The translations under genes and the position numbers were made by a program. This document shows positions 1 to 13,094 of a stretch of 64,000 nt of DNA, one piece after another. Within the stretch, counting starts at the first letter, position 1; every line of letters starts with the position of its first letter. The notes beneath the pieces are model-generated. The model was not told where the DNA came from. It did no database searches and was given only the letters and a program-made list of their open reading frames with translations. The stretch is from Octopus vulgaris (Eukaryota), in contig OX597825.1 in assembly GCA_951406725.2 (NCBI GenBank), positions 18,352,001-18,416,000 of the forward strand. Reading direction: 5' to 3'.

Positions 1-75
1 GACGTTCCAGGAGCAGGCAATTGCCCTAGGTACCACGTTGTGAGATTGAACCCTAAACCTCATAATTGGGTATAT

Positions 76-608
76 TATTTTACTTGTTTCAGTCATTTAA
101 CTGTGGCCATGCTGGAGCACCGCCTTTATTCATGCAAGTCGACACCAGGATTTATTCTTTGGATGCCAAATATTCTATCGGTCTCTTTTGCCGACCCGCA
201 AAGTTACGGGGATGTAAACACACCACCATCGGTCGTCAAGCGATGCTGGAGGGGCAATCACAGACACACAAACAAACATATACACACACACTCGTATATA
301 TATATATATATACACACACATACATACATACACACATATATACTTAATGTAGGATAACATTTTATTTGTCGAAAAAAAAATTTTATCAATGGCCAGCATA
401 TTAAAAAATACCTTTAAAGGTTAAATTTATAAAGGGCTCTTACGAGTTAACCCTGAAATCGGCCCGATATGGTAATAATGGGATTTTTTAGAAATATCTG
501 CCGACCTTTTTGGGAGCAGCGTGCGTTCTGTGAAAAATTATAATGGTTATGGACAATGTCTTATTTTCGGCATATGGCATTAGAACATTTTTTCGTTTGC
601 CCTCATTT

Positions 609-656
<48 letters not shown>

Positions 657-810
657 TACGACGGGCTTCATTCAGTTTCGTCTACCAAATCCACTCAATT
701 TTTTGGTCGGCCCGAGATTCTAGCAGAAGACACTTGCCTAAGGTGCTGCGCAGTGGGACTGAACCAGAAACCATGTGGCTGGTAAGCAAGCTACTTACCA
801 CTCCTGCGCC
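76..810 (-). mobile_element. Composite tRNA-derived SINE, working family A (tRNA head + CORE-like segment + internal microsatellite + LINE-like tail), interrupted by a ~270-bp insert at ~345-616
   Basis: Reverse complement of the element at 58466-58908: tail 'ttttacttgtttcagtcatttaactgtggccatgctggagcaccgcc' at 76 and head 'caagctacttaccactcctgcgcc' ending at 810. Confidence 0.85.
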
Positions 811-1547
811 TGCATCTTAGATATTTTTCTGTATTTCACTTTTGCTTATATCTTAACTGCAAAGCATCAAAGTTATAACACATTTATTTAAAAGTAATGT
901 TACGTTTACTGCAACTTCTTGAAAAAGTTTTTGTTCAAAGAAATTTATGGAGTCGATGAGTTCCGACGCAATAATATATTATGCTGCAACAATTTATTCT
1001 TAACACTAAAGGAAAGGCAAGCAAATAATACGATATAGGTTGGATATGAACGCACAACCGAAAGATCTGCACACTTGACTACCACATATCAATTACAACA
1101 TACTTAATTCTACTGATTTAGAAAAGAAACAATGAAGTTCTAAGTTCATCAACCTGAGTAGAAGGAACAGACTGTCTGATTATATTGTTATAATATGTCA
1201 GTGATAGACAATCAATGTTGTGTTGGGTGGAGGAGAAATAAGTATCAAAGAGCGCAGAGAAATCGATGCAATTTACAATAGACGTACGTAACAGCTCATT
1301 GATAAGAAATAAAGAACTCTGTATATAATAGCAGACATGGTCAATCAATCAATTAAATGGCCTTTCAGGAAGATATATGACCGACCATAGTAATAAGATG
1401 AGTGAGGAATGTTGACTCTGTAAGTGGGAGTATTCATTAGTCAGTAAGCTAGTTGATGAGTGTCGTAATGTAGAGAGGATGTGAGATCAGGATGAGCCGC
1501 CACTAGAAGATGGCTTTGAATACCGGTAGCAGCTGCTGTCATTTCAT

Positions 1548-1551
1548 ATAT

Positions 1552-1593
<42 letters not shown>

Positions 1594-1611
1594 CTCTCTT
1601 TCTCTCTCTCT

Positions 1612-1646
<35 letters not shown>

Positions 1647-1717
1647 GAGAGAGAGAGAGAGAGAGAGATAGATAGATAGATAGATAGATAGATATATAGA
1701 TAGATATATACACATAT

Positions 1718-1816
<99 letters not shown>

Positions 1817-1825
1817 CACACACAC
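1548..1825. repeat. Compound microsatellite (TATC)n/(TC)n/(TA)n/(GA)n/(GATA)n/(CA)n/(TA)n
   Basis: Directly visible perfect tracts. Confidence 0.95.
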
Positions 1826-3248
1826 GTGTGAGTGTTTGTGTGCGTGTACAAAATGCCCTGAAGAAAAGCGTTCTTCCCACATTGTCTTATTTCTGACGTC
1901 TATGAAAGGAAATTGTAATTAAGAATCCAAATTAGTTTATTATTCTTGAAATTGGTATTGCTTTTATCCAATAATTTCTTTCGTTTTTACTTTATATGTA
2001 TAAACTTTCGAGAAGATTTTTAGGTTTCAACTACATTGTCTATATATTAAACAAAATAATGACCCAGTTTCAAATATGGATTTGTTTACATGGATACACG
2101 CCTACAGGGTCTCAGATCTTGCACAGTGCTAGTTTAGTAGTTGCTGTTATCTCAAGAACAACTCTAACCGAACATAACTAACGCCATGATCATATTGCCT
2201 TTCAGTTTATATATCTACAACTCTGTTGTTATATGTGACCTTGTCCTTTTAAAGACAGGGGTATGTGCTTTAAGGGAAATTTGATTGCAAACTATCAACA
2301 GATCAAGTAGCAACCACGATTTCCATTGATATCTTAGCAGCATGAAAAATAATAATCTTCTGCAAAATGTTAACTTAGTATTTAAAGTAATCTATATGCT
2401 ATGTTGGAGAACATTTAGCCGGCGGCATTACATTTCTTTTACTCGTCGTGTTTACTTAATAATGAACACAGCTGTTATATCAGCATGTAAAAAACCATAA
2501 AGAATACAGCACGATTTTCCATACAAAACTTCTTTCTTGAAAAAATCCTTCTTCACCATTCTTATTCCTAAACTTCCTATAACAAGATTCTCAATCTCCT
2601 TCTGGAAACCAACTGACTTTACGAATATCTACCTCGTATGACACACTTCTTTTACAGCTGTGTCTTGTAAAACAGACAAAGTTACAGTGATGGTTCACCA
2701 TGATCTCATACCTACATCAATTGGCTTACTGACCCATGAGTCAAAATTTCTATCCTAAGCTAATCTTAAAATTGTTCTTCCATTAACAAACAAATAGACA
2801 GATCGAATAAAGTAGTTTCAAAACACGCTATACTTACAGACAGAATGTCATTGGTGAATATTTTAATCGTAACGTATGTGTAATTACTACACACTAAGCG
2901 TTAAATTACATGAACGACAACGTAACGAATAAAGCAATGGCGATTTAAGATTCAGTACTCTAAAAATTAGATTTGATATTCTTGGTAGAGTTTTCAAGAT
3001 ATCGGCAGCAATCTTTGACGTCGTAATTGATTTTTGTTAGGGAGTAGCTAAGGATCGTCGAATCAGTGTCTGCGACATAAGGTGCAACGAATATCGCAAG
3101 AAACTCAGCATGAAAATACAGGAGTAGAAATTCTGTCTCCTCTTTGTATCATTCATTAATATAGATTGCCGAAATTTATAGGTGAAATTATTCATCCATT
3201 CATCTATCTAAGCGCACACGCACACACTCACACGCGCGAACGCCTATG

Positions 3249-3316
<68 letters not shown>

Positions 3317-3324
3317 TTTTATTC

Positions 3325-3490
3325 TCTTTTACTCTTTTACTTGTTTCAGTCATTTCACTACGACCATGCTGCAGCACCGCCTTTAGTCGAGCAAATCGAC
3401 CCCAGGACTTATTCTTTGGAAGCCTAGTACTTACTCTATCTGTCTCTTTTGCCGAACCGCTAAGTGACGGGGACGTAAACACACCAGCAC
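3325..3490 (-). mobile_element. SINE family A, 3' half
   Basis: 'cttttacttgtttcagtcatttcactacgaccatgctgcagcaccgcc...gccgaaccgctaagtgacggggacgtaaacacaccagca' matches the other family A copies. Confidence 0.85.
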
Positions 3491-3734
3491 ACGATGTGTA
3501 AGTAAAAATTGCAAAACTAAAACACCCAAAACTATGCACGTTGGAATCGAACCAAGGGCCGTCAGATTTGATATTGAACTTTTAACTATGCAACAATGTT
3601 AGCAAGAATAAATTCGAAAGCTTTTTAAAGTTGGTGGTCCGTCACAGAACTGTATGAAGAGAGGGAAATCAAGAGAATGACGATAAATGGTAATAACGGT
3701 AGCTGTGGGTGGTCAGGTGTTGAGTAATGGTAAA

Positions 3735-4164
3735 AATGATGATGATGATGATCGTCATCATCAGCATCATCGTCATCATCAACATAGACAACACCACCAC
3801 CATCATCGTTATCAATTTCAGCATCATCATCAACATCCTTAACGTCATTATCAACAACACCACCACCACCATCTTCATCATCATCATTATTCCCGTCAAC
3901 ATCATCTTCAATATCATCACCGTTGCCATCATCGTCATCATCCTCATTTTTCATCAACATCATGATCGTCAAACATCCCCACCTTCATCACCGACACCTT
4001 CATTGCCGCCAACATCGACAACACCACAACCACCTCCACCATCACCAATACCTCCACCACCACCACCAACACCTCCACCATCACCACCAACACCTCCACC
4101 ACAACCATCATCAACATCATCATCATCATCGTCATCGTCATCATCATCATCGTCGTCGTCGTCG

Positions 4165-4257
<93 letters not shown>

Positions 4258-4305
4258 TCATCATCGTCATCGTCGCCAATTTCATCAGTACCATCATCAT
4301 CGTCG
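3735..4305. repeat. Degenerate trinucleotide block (CAT/CAC/CGT)n
   Basis: Long in-phase CAT, CAC and CGT runs. Low-complexity ORFs open in several frames on both strands. Confidence 0.9.
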
Positions 4306-4377
4306 TTATATTCTTGTGGTGAACAAGCGAAGATATGCCAAACCGTGACTCTACACGCTTTTATGCTTACAGAATAG

Positions 4378-4424
<47 letters not shown>

Positions 4425-4849
4425 CACTACCTGATGCAAGTGAAGTCATAGATGCATACTAACTAATGTGTGAACATTTGCATTGAGTATTGATCGGCTA
4501 GAAATTCCAGCGCAATCACCCTCAGATTTCGTATTCTCTTTAAAGAAAGCTAAAAAAAAAAAAAGTAAATAAATAAAGGAAGGCTATATATTTTGGGTGA
4601 TATAGTTATAGTTAGACACAGAACGTCTGGAAAAATAAAAGACAGGATGATATAGGTTGAAACGACTTTGATCATTGATCTAACCTATTTGAACAGGTCC
4701 TGACCTGGGGTTAAGCAGCAAACATCAATAAAAACAATAATAAATCACTAGACACACAAATACAAGACGGCAGAGAGAGAGAGAGAGAGAGGAGGGGGAA
4801 AGAAAGGGTGATGGAGAGAGAGAAAAAAACAGACAGAGAGAGATGCAGG

Positions 4850-4881
<32 letters not shown>

Positions 4882-4985
4882 AGGAGAGAAGGAGAGAGAA
4901 GAGCTAACACATATCGTAAAAACAAGCAAGGAAAACATTAAAACTCACTATGAATCAGGAAATACATATTTCATAATTATTATTA

Positions 4986-5034
<49 letters not shown>

Positions 5035-5153
5035 CGTTATTATTAGTGTGTGAAAGCGGTTTGGTGTGAAATACTTTTTGTCTAGTTATCTTAACCTTTT
5101 AACTTTCAAGCATAGAATTGATTGCATTTTTCATGTTTTATAAATAACTGCTT

Positions 5154-5579
5154 GAAGGCGAGTTGTCCGGTGGTTAAGGTAAATGCACTCAAGATAGCTA
5201 CTTAGATCGGGGGGGGTTCGATTCCCGAACCGGACGACGCGTTGTGTCCTTGAGCGAGCTCGGTTCAAAGTCTCCCTTGACCACAAATGGCCTAAACTCT
5301 TTGCATGAACACCCTCCCTGTACATAATTCCATGTCCCCCTACATGGCCTTGCTTTTTGCTTTTTGAGCCAAAAAATTAACTAAATAACTAACTAACTAA
5401 CTAACTAACTCCGTTTCACGTTGCTCCAATCCATTCAAGTATAAATGGATAACTCTGCAACGGACTGGCCTCGCGATCAAAGGAAATATGTTGGCCTCTG
5501 CACCTAACCAGCGGGATGGCATCATTTGAAAGCTAAAACGACGCAAAGCTCATCCAGATAGGCTGGTCGATCACATGAC
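5154..5579 (+). mobile_element. tRNA/CORE-type SINE split by a CR1 3' fragment
   Basis: Head with B box 'ggttcgattcc' and 'gacgcgttgtgtccttgagc' up to 5255, resuming with 'tttcacgttgctccaatcc' at ~5414. Colinear with the intact copy at 11211-11464. Tail resembles that of 59640-59756. Confidence 0.75.
5258..5410 (+). mobile_element. CR1-type LINE, extreme 3' end with (CTAA)n tail
   Basis: Near-identical to 16091-16215 (ARFKVSLDxKWPxLFA* followed by the 3' UTR). Ends in a short tandem-repeat tail typical of the CR1/L2 clades. Confidence 0.85.
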
Positions 5580-7080
5580 AAATAACCGCAGCAATGGCTG
5601 TGCGGTGAAGAAGTTCATTTGGCGACCACATCGTCTCGGGTTCAGTTCCAGTGTGCGGAACATTGATCATGAGTCAGTAACTATAAAAGCCTCCGGCTGA
5701 CCAAGAACTTCTGAGCGGATTTCGCTGACGGAAACTGCGTGGGATTCGATTGTGTGAGTATATGTGTGTGTTTGTGTAGTACTTGTTGAAGTTGTTCTTG
5801 TTGTTCTTGTTGATTTTGTTGTATCAAAATAAGGAGAAGGAGAAAGGCCTGGAACAAAAGGTTGGATATTAACAACTTTGAAGTCGGGATAACTTGATAT
5901 ATTCAGGTATATATGCAGTTATGTATACAGGTAAATATAATATATTTTGCATATATACATATGCATATACATATATCTTCTGCCACATTTAGTTATTCGA
6001 TTGTGGTCATACTGGAGCACGCCTTGAACAATTTTAGTCGAACGAAATGACCCCGGAACTTACCACTTAAACGATATTCTAATAAAATAGCATTTCGATA
6101 AATTGGTAATAACTGCTGTTTGATTTTATGAGCCAAAACCCTTTTAGGAGGTGCTCCAGCATGGCCGAAGTCCAATAACAATAACAGAAGAAAGATTAAA
6201 GATTTGTGGAATAGTTATCCACCTTTATACTCATTGAATGAGCAATCGCTTCAATTGCAACAATCAATGCAGAGATCGTCGTGAGTGACGGAGATCCGTT
6301 TAGTTGTATGAGTATATCTTTCTATTTATCTGTGTCCATATAGATCCGCTGCACCCAGTCGTGTGTGAATCAATAAAAATATATTAACCAGAATATTTAT
6401 GTGTGTACGAATGTATGTGCTTACATGTATACGTATATGATATATATGCGAGTGTATATATTTGTATGTTGCCTCGATGTATGTATATCGTCAATTGATC
6501 AGACCCAGCAAATAAAAAGTAAAAATAATAATAATGATAACAACAATAAAGAAAAGGAGAAAAAAAAGAAGAAAAAAATCAGTTAGTCCAGGCCTGAATG
6601 CCTGTTTCTCACATCACTGAGCATGTCGAAAGTCTTCGTTCATTTCCGCCACAACTTCCGTTAATTCCCGGTCTCAGGACCGTCTTCATCTCTTTTTCAT
6701 CTTTTGACCTTAAACTCATATATTAACCCGCTCCCATTATATCATGTCGCATTCATATTTTTCTTGACTTTCTTCTTAATGATATCCACGATGACAATCT
6801 CTATATATAATTATATATCATTAATTTTCTCTTATTTTCTATCACTACCTACATGTAGCCACCATTTTCCTTCACTCTATCTATCTATCTACTTATCTAT
6901 GTCTATTTTAGCTGTTGGTTTAGTAGTTGCATTCTGTTAACATCTCCTAATGTATGGGCAATTATACTGTCCCACCTAATTATAAGTTCCCCCTTCTTGT
7001 ACCCAAACACACCACACATTGTAGAATGTCCTTGTGATGCACATCCCTCATCTATATCCCTGTGGCAAAGAGAACAAATC

Positions 7081-7130
<50 letters not shown>

Positions 7131-7132
7131 TA

Positions 7133-7405
7133 GGCGCAGGAGTGGCTGTGTTGTAAGTAGCTTGCTTACCAACTACATGTCTTCTGCTATAGCCTCGGGC
7201 CGACCAAGGCCTTGAAAGTGGATTTGATAGACGGAAACTGAAAGAAGCCCGTCGTATATATGTATGTATATATATATATATATACCAATAATTAAGGGTT
7301 TAGCAACAAGTTGCTTAACCACATACCCATATGTGTGTGTGTTTGTGTGTCTGTGTTTATCCCTTCCAAAATCACTTGACAACCGATGCTGGTGTGTTTA
7401 CGTCC
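7133..7405 (+). mobile_element. SINE family A, internally deleted
   Basis: 'ggcgcaggagtggctgtgttgtaagtagcttgcttaccaac...gacggaaactgaaagaagcccgtcg...cttgacaaccgatgctggtgtgtttacgtcc'. Confidence 0.85.
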
Positions 7406-8033
7406 TCCTGATGCTGGTGTGTTTGTGCAATACCCACTTCTCTCTCTTTGTGTGTGTGTGTGTGTGTGTGTCCACTCACATTCTGTATATTTGCTTATAA
7501 TATATATCATATAAGTTTATGTATACATACATGTGCACATTATCATACGGGTGTCTGTATGTATATATTCATTTATTAGTCATGGGTGAAAGCACTTCCT
7601 GCGACCCTTACAGGGCTCCAAGTGAGATGTCGAAGGAGGGAAGGAGCTATCTTGAAAGAGGAATCCTCGACCGGATTACTGCGACAGTGTGGGTCCCAGA
7701 AAACGTACACAATGTTCAGGCTGGTGATGTCTAACTGGCACCGAGTTAATGTTCACCACCCATGAAGGTCATGGTGCGATTTGAACTCGGGGTGAGGGGG
7801 AGAGAGAACGACGTGAAGAATTTCTGCGTCAAACATATTCTGTCCAACGTCATAAGGACTCAGGCAATTCGACAAAGTATGTTTGCGCGCGTGCGTATGC
7901 TTGTGTGTATGTGCGTGCGTGTGTAAGCGTGTGTGTGCGTGAGTGTGTATTTTGTATGTATATTCTATACGTATCATGCATAAATATTTACATGAACATG
8001 TGTGTATATATACACACGTATATATATACATAC

Positions 8034-8084
<51 letters not shown>

Positions 8085-8311
8085 CATACGTATATATATA
8101 TATATGTATATATATATTTATAGATACGTATATATATATATATATGTATATATATATACATACATATGCATTTATATATATGTAAACACATGAACACGTA
8201 TGTATATGTCTGTATATGTATATATCTGTGTCTGCGTATAAGAGTTTATGTGTGTTTATGTGAGTGTGTCCGTTTCGTATACGAAACAGCAATAATAAAT
8301 CTCAATCCGTA

Positions 8312-8386
<75 letters not shown>

Positions 8387-8510
8387 GCAGACACACAGAT
8401 ACACACACACACGCGCATGCATGTACAAACTCGCCGGCGCTATTATTTCTGTTTATCAGAAAAAAAAGGTTACCACAGTGCGCCGTGTGCCTCGAGTCTC
8501 GTGCACAGCA

Positions 8511-8570
8511 GATGTCCTGATAAGTTTGACGACTACCAGGGACGAAATTCTTGAACCATGAGTCACTTTT
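8511..8570 (+). ncRNA. Degenerate type I hammerhead ribozyme motif (probably a relic of a Penelope-like or retrozyme-type element)
   Basis: CTGATAA at 8517-8523 (consensus CUGANGA, one substitution); stem II GTTT/GGAC; GAAA at 8544-8547; stem III ATTCTTG/CATGAGT; GTC triplet ending at 8564. Stem I is weak. Confidence 0.45.
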
Positions 8571-10123
8571 TAACCTTCTACCGATCAAATGTGTTTTCCC
8601 TTTTGTGAGGGGGCGTGAGTGTGTGTTTGCGCATGTTTGGATATGTATGTATATGTATGTATATGTGTATATACGTGTGTTTCTATATGTATGCATGTAT
8701 GTATATGATATATTCATACATATCATTTATTTTGTAAACTTTCATCTTTTACTTGTTTTAGCTATAGGAGTGCGGCCATGCTGGTGCATCGCCTTGAAGG
8801 AGGTTCGTCGAAAAAATCGACACAAGTAATTCTTCTTCATAACCTGGTATTTCATCTATCAGGCCCTTTTTGTCGAATCCCTAAGTTACAAGGACGTAAA
8901 CAAACGAATATGAACAATCGAGCGATGGTGGTTAACAAAATCACACACAAACATATACATACATACATACATACATACATACATACATACATACATACAT
9001 ACATTTTCTCATTTAGACACTCATTCACACACAGACGCATACATACATATATGTTTACATACAGACACTCACACTCACGCATGAGAGTGTATTCACATAT
9101 ACGTATTAACAGAAACATACGAATGCACACACATATACACACACACACATAATACTTTCATATACATATATATACATATATAAACACATTTGGATATATA
9201 TATATATACACACACACATACGCACACACATACACATACATATATATATATACATATATATGTACATACACAAACTTACATACATATATATATATACATT
9301 GACACGTACACACAAACGCACACATACATGTATACATGTATGTGTGTGTATGTGTGTGTGTGTGCGTCAAATGCACGACCAGGATTTCACAGGCGGCTTC
9401 TCAACTATAAATAAAAAACATCTCAATTAGCCTTCAAACCTCGTCTGCAAACACATTTCTATCTTAACATACAAATAATTATTTCTGTGCTTATATATTC
9501 TTCTGTCCAGTCCGTCCCTAAACGCTTTTTGTGTTTTAATTCTTCGTGATTGTCTGTAACTTTATTTATTGAGCGAGCATTCGTTAAACTAATTCAGTTC
9601 CAGACTTTATGTTCTACCATTTTGGAGATAGACACAGAATTAAAGACATATGTTAAAAGAGAGCCATTGCCAATTAGATCCTGCATAAATTTCACCGCTA
9701 AAGGTGACCGCAGTGACATTCTCATTATTGTGATATGCTATCTGATTTTATCCGTACACCAGAAGATAATATCTATACATACACCCACGATACACAAATA
9801 CACACGCAAGCACACACACATACACTCACATAAAATAAAAGGATTATATTGCATATAACATGCTTTATAAGCATTGTAGATTCTAGTACACACCAATACG
9901 CACATGCAAAAATGCTCATACACACACAACACATCTCGCTTAAGTAGATTACTCATTCATCACTCATTTGGATGCAAGCAAGTTTTCTCACAAATACGCA
10001 ACCACACATATCAGGATATACACAAGTTGATAGGCGAGTCACTATGTAGTAACTCAATTTTGTAGAAATAGCAGTCAAATTCACCTTTGTATACTATTAT
10101 AAATAGGGTTGTAATTTTAGGCG

Positions 10124-10481
10124 GGGTAAAGACCTCACTTTGGTCATAAATGACAATAGGATTGCACCTAGACGGTTCCCCTCCAAAGCGGAAGTACGGG
10201 AAAGGTTGTTTATGGAAGACCAACAGTCACCCATGCGTATCAGCCTTCCGTCTCCACGACACCGATGTTATCCAAAGGCCAGTAACAGCTTGGTGCCAGT
10301 GACGTCGCAACTCATTTCTACAGCTTTTGCTTGGGCTACATCTGTGGTGTGGAGAGTGGAGACTAGTATGCGTGGGTGACTGCTAGTCTTCCATAAACAA
10401 CCTTCCTTGGACTTGTGCCTCGGAGGGGAACTTTCTAGGTACAATCCCATGATCATTTATGACAGAAAAGGGTCTTTACCC
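10124..10481. mobile_element. Two SINE 3' tails fused head-to-head, forming a ~150-bp-arm inverted repeat
   Basis: 10124-10275 aligns with the reverse complement of 10331-10481, e.g. 'aaggttgtttatggaagac'/'gtcttccataaacaacctt' and 'gggtaaagacc'/'ggtctttaccc'. Confidence 0.85.
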
Positions 10482-11210
10482 TTATAATTTCAAGCAGATT
10501 TTGTTGCTACTTGTGTGGCTGGAAAGCAAGCTTGTTACCATACGGCCACTCCTGTGTCTATTATCTCTAATTTTTTTATCGATATCAGTTTGTTGCACCG
10601 CAGCTAGGCCGGAACCCTTTTTATTTATTTTTTTTTTTCAGGATATAGTCATTCGCAAAAAAAAAACCCACTACTAATTTCTACTTTGTACTATTTTATT
10701 TTATGTCTCGATGCTTGCTGAAGCGCTATCTCCTGCATTTTGAGTCAACACCAGATATAAATAATATCCATTACGAGACAACACTACAGGGCAAACAAAA
10801 AAGAAATCACAAAAAAAAAAACAAAAAACAAATTTGATAACCGAAACACAACACATGAAATTCAAAGTTGACCTTGGCGTGTATCGACCGGACAGGTTGA
10901 AAACTAAATACAGTTACAGACTCTGGACGCTGTTCTTAATTATTTCAGTAAATTCTAATCGCTATTTATAACCATTGATTTATTAGATAGGTACAATGTC
11001 TCAAGATTTTACTTATTTCCTTCCGAAGACATCTATGGACTACTGAACCGAAATATTATTTTCTAGTTTTCGCCACGTTAAGCGAACGAAAGACACATCT
11101 TAACCCATCTCTTTCCCCAGACTCACCACGATATCAGTTGATTAGTTGAATGTTAAGGAAATTTCCTCGCAAGCCTAATAGAAAATTAGCTACAGTAGAC
11201 AGCAAAATGT

Positions 11211-11464
11211 GGAGGCGCGTGGATTAGTGGTTAGGGTGTCAGCACCATGATCGTAAGATTGTGGTTTCGATTCCTGGACCGGGCGACGTGTTGTGTTCAT
11301 GAGCAAAACATTTCATTTCACGTTGCTCCAGTCCACTCAGCTGGCAAAAATGAGTAATGCTGCGATGGACGGGCGTCACGTCCAGCTGGGGAACATACAC
11401 GCCATAGAAACCGGAAAAAAGGGCCCATAAGTCTAGCTAGGCTTTAAGAGGGCGCATTTATCTT
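11211..11464 (+). mobile_element. Full-length tRNA-derived SINE with CORE-like and V-domain-like segments
   Basis: A box TGGATTAGTGG, B-box-like GGTTTCGATTCC, 'ctgcgatggacgggcgtcacgtccag' resembling the V-SINE domain, and a perfect 13-bp TSD TAGACAGCAAAAT (11196-11208 and 11465-11477). Confidence 0.9.
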
Positions 11465-11566
11465 TAGACAGCAAAATACTCGTTATATTTTTAGTGATGC
11501 TGTTGATTGTAGCATTAAGTTCTTCCACCCTATCATTCATTCCTAACATGCTAGGCGCCTCTATGC

Positions 11567-11615
11567 CAGTGCTTCTCAACCAGGGTCCGCACAAACCTTG
11601 AGGGTCCATATAAGG
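11567..11615 (+). mobile_element. Possible hAT/Charlie-type MITE terminus
   Basis: CAGTGCTTCTCAAC resembles the MER5/MER20-type terminal inverted repeat (TIR). The partner end was not found. Confidence 0.3.
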
Positions 11616-11632
11616 GTTTATTCTTTTCTATC

Positions 11633-12010
11633 CCTTTATTTGTTTCAGTTATTTGACATGATGGAGCACCGCCTTCAGGGATTTTAGTCGAACAAATCGA
11701 CCCCAGGACTTATTTTTTAAGCCTAGTACTTATTCTCGCTGACTCTTTTGTTGAACCGCTAAGTTTTGAGGAGGTAAACACACCAACACCGGTTGTTAAA
11801 TAGTGATTGGAGAGCAAACACAGACACAAAATACACATAGATGGATATATACATATATATACAACGGGTTTCTTTCAGTTTCCGTCTACCAAATCCACTC
11901 TCAAGTCTTCGATCAGCCCAAGAATATAATAGAAGACACATGCCAAGGTGCCAGGCAATGGGACTGAACCTGGAACGATGTAGTTGAGAAGCAGGCTTCT
12001 TACCACACAG
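11633..12010 (-). mobile_element. SINE family A, near full length
   Basis: Tail, middle and head modules are all colinear with the reverse complement of 58466-58908. Confidence 0.85.
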
Positions 12011-12282
12011 TAATGCTGCAATGTTGTTTTTTGCACGCTTATTTTGCAAGTCTTGAGAAGGACGTTGGTGAAATGCCACTTCATGAAAGCTTGTTCTGTG
12101 ACAGTGACATTGCTGGAGAATATACCACCCGAGGCACCCTTTGTGTTTGCCACCCCTCTCCACCCCACCCAAGGTCGTATAGGCTTATACAACATATCTA
12201 AAAGTGAAACTCTCCTCCCTTGATCAAAGCATCATCAAGGGCAGACCCCCACCTCTTCATCTCCTCCCCAGCAGCGCTACTG

Positions 12283-12445
12283 GTTCTGAGGTAATTTCCG
12301 CCGAGGTCGACTTAGCCTTTCATCCTTTCGGGGTCGATAAATTAAGTACCAGTTACGCACTGGGGTCGATATAATCGACTTAATCCGTTTGTCTGTCCTT
12401 GTTTGTCCCTTCTATGTTTAGCCCCTTGTGGGCAATAAAGAAATA
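12283..12445 (+). mobile_element. SINE working family B (central 'gcctttcatcctttcggggtcgataaattaagtacc' domain, Meta/Sauria-domain-like), 5' truncated, tail type 1
   Basis: Matches 20229-20460. Ends 'gccccttgtgggcaataaagaaata'. Confidence 0.85.
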
Positions 12446-13094
12446 GGTAAATAATAACCGAAATCGACTGACACCCGTCTTTCAAAACGGGGCAAAAGAA
12501 CTTGGAAAATTTAGAACAAAGGCTTGTACGAAAATTTCAAATTAACTTTACTCCCATCATTTAATATGAACTTGAAATATTCAAAGATATCTTCAAAGAA
12601 TTAATAAGTGTCCCAGAGTAAAGAAAGTAAAGAAAAGCCAAATCAGAAAACCTAAAGCTAATTGTAGACACGGCTTCTTGACAGCATGTTATTCTGAACC
12701 ATAAATGAAATTAAGAAAGTTTCAAATATTTATTTAAGAAATTTAAGTGACCTGGGTGTTATGACACGGTTACAGACATAAAATGAAACAGCCACAAGCG
12801 ATCACTTCTGATACACGATTCTGCGGTAAGGTTTAATAACCGAGAATAGATATAAAAGTAAAGAGATGTAGGCATAGAATGAAATAAGAAGTGGAAACTG
12901 TAAAATCTATAGATTATTGTTGGAAGATTATAATGATAGAAGTTCTACTGTGACTTTTATTTTGGTAATAAATAACTGCTGCAGAGGTATTGGTTTTTGA
13001 TGAGATTGAACTGAGGAATTTGAGAATGATAACGACGCACAGACACACACGCAATCGGACATATGCGTACATATATTGTCAGGTAGTATGGAAA

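Noticed and set aside
1498-1542. 'ccactagaagatggc...ccggtagcagctg' resembling an eroded Penelope hammerhead
   Set aside because: GAAA is absent and the core is disrupted, too degenerate to support.
3727-4377. 216-aa Pro/Ser-rich ORF, plus His- and Asp-rich ORFs in other frames
   Set aside because: Pure trinucleotide expansion that is open in many frames on both strands, with no splice or domain evidence.
7570-7870. GC-balanced island with a 71-aa ORF
   Set aside because: No recognisable motif, terminal repeat or splice structure, so it cannot be assigned without a search.
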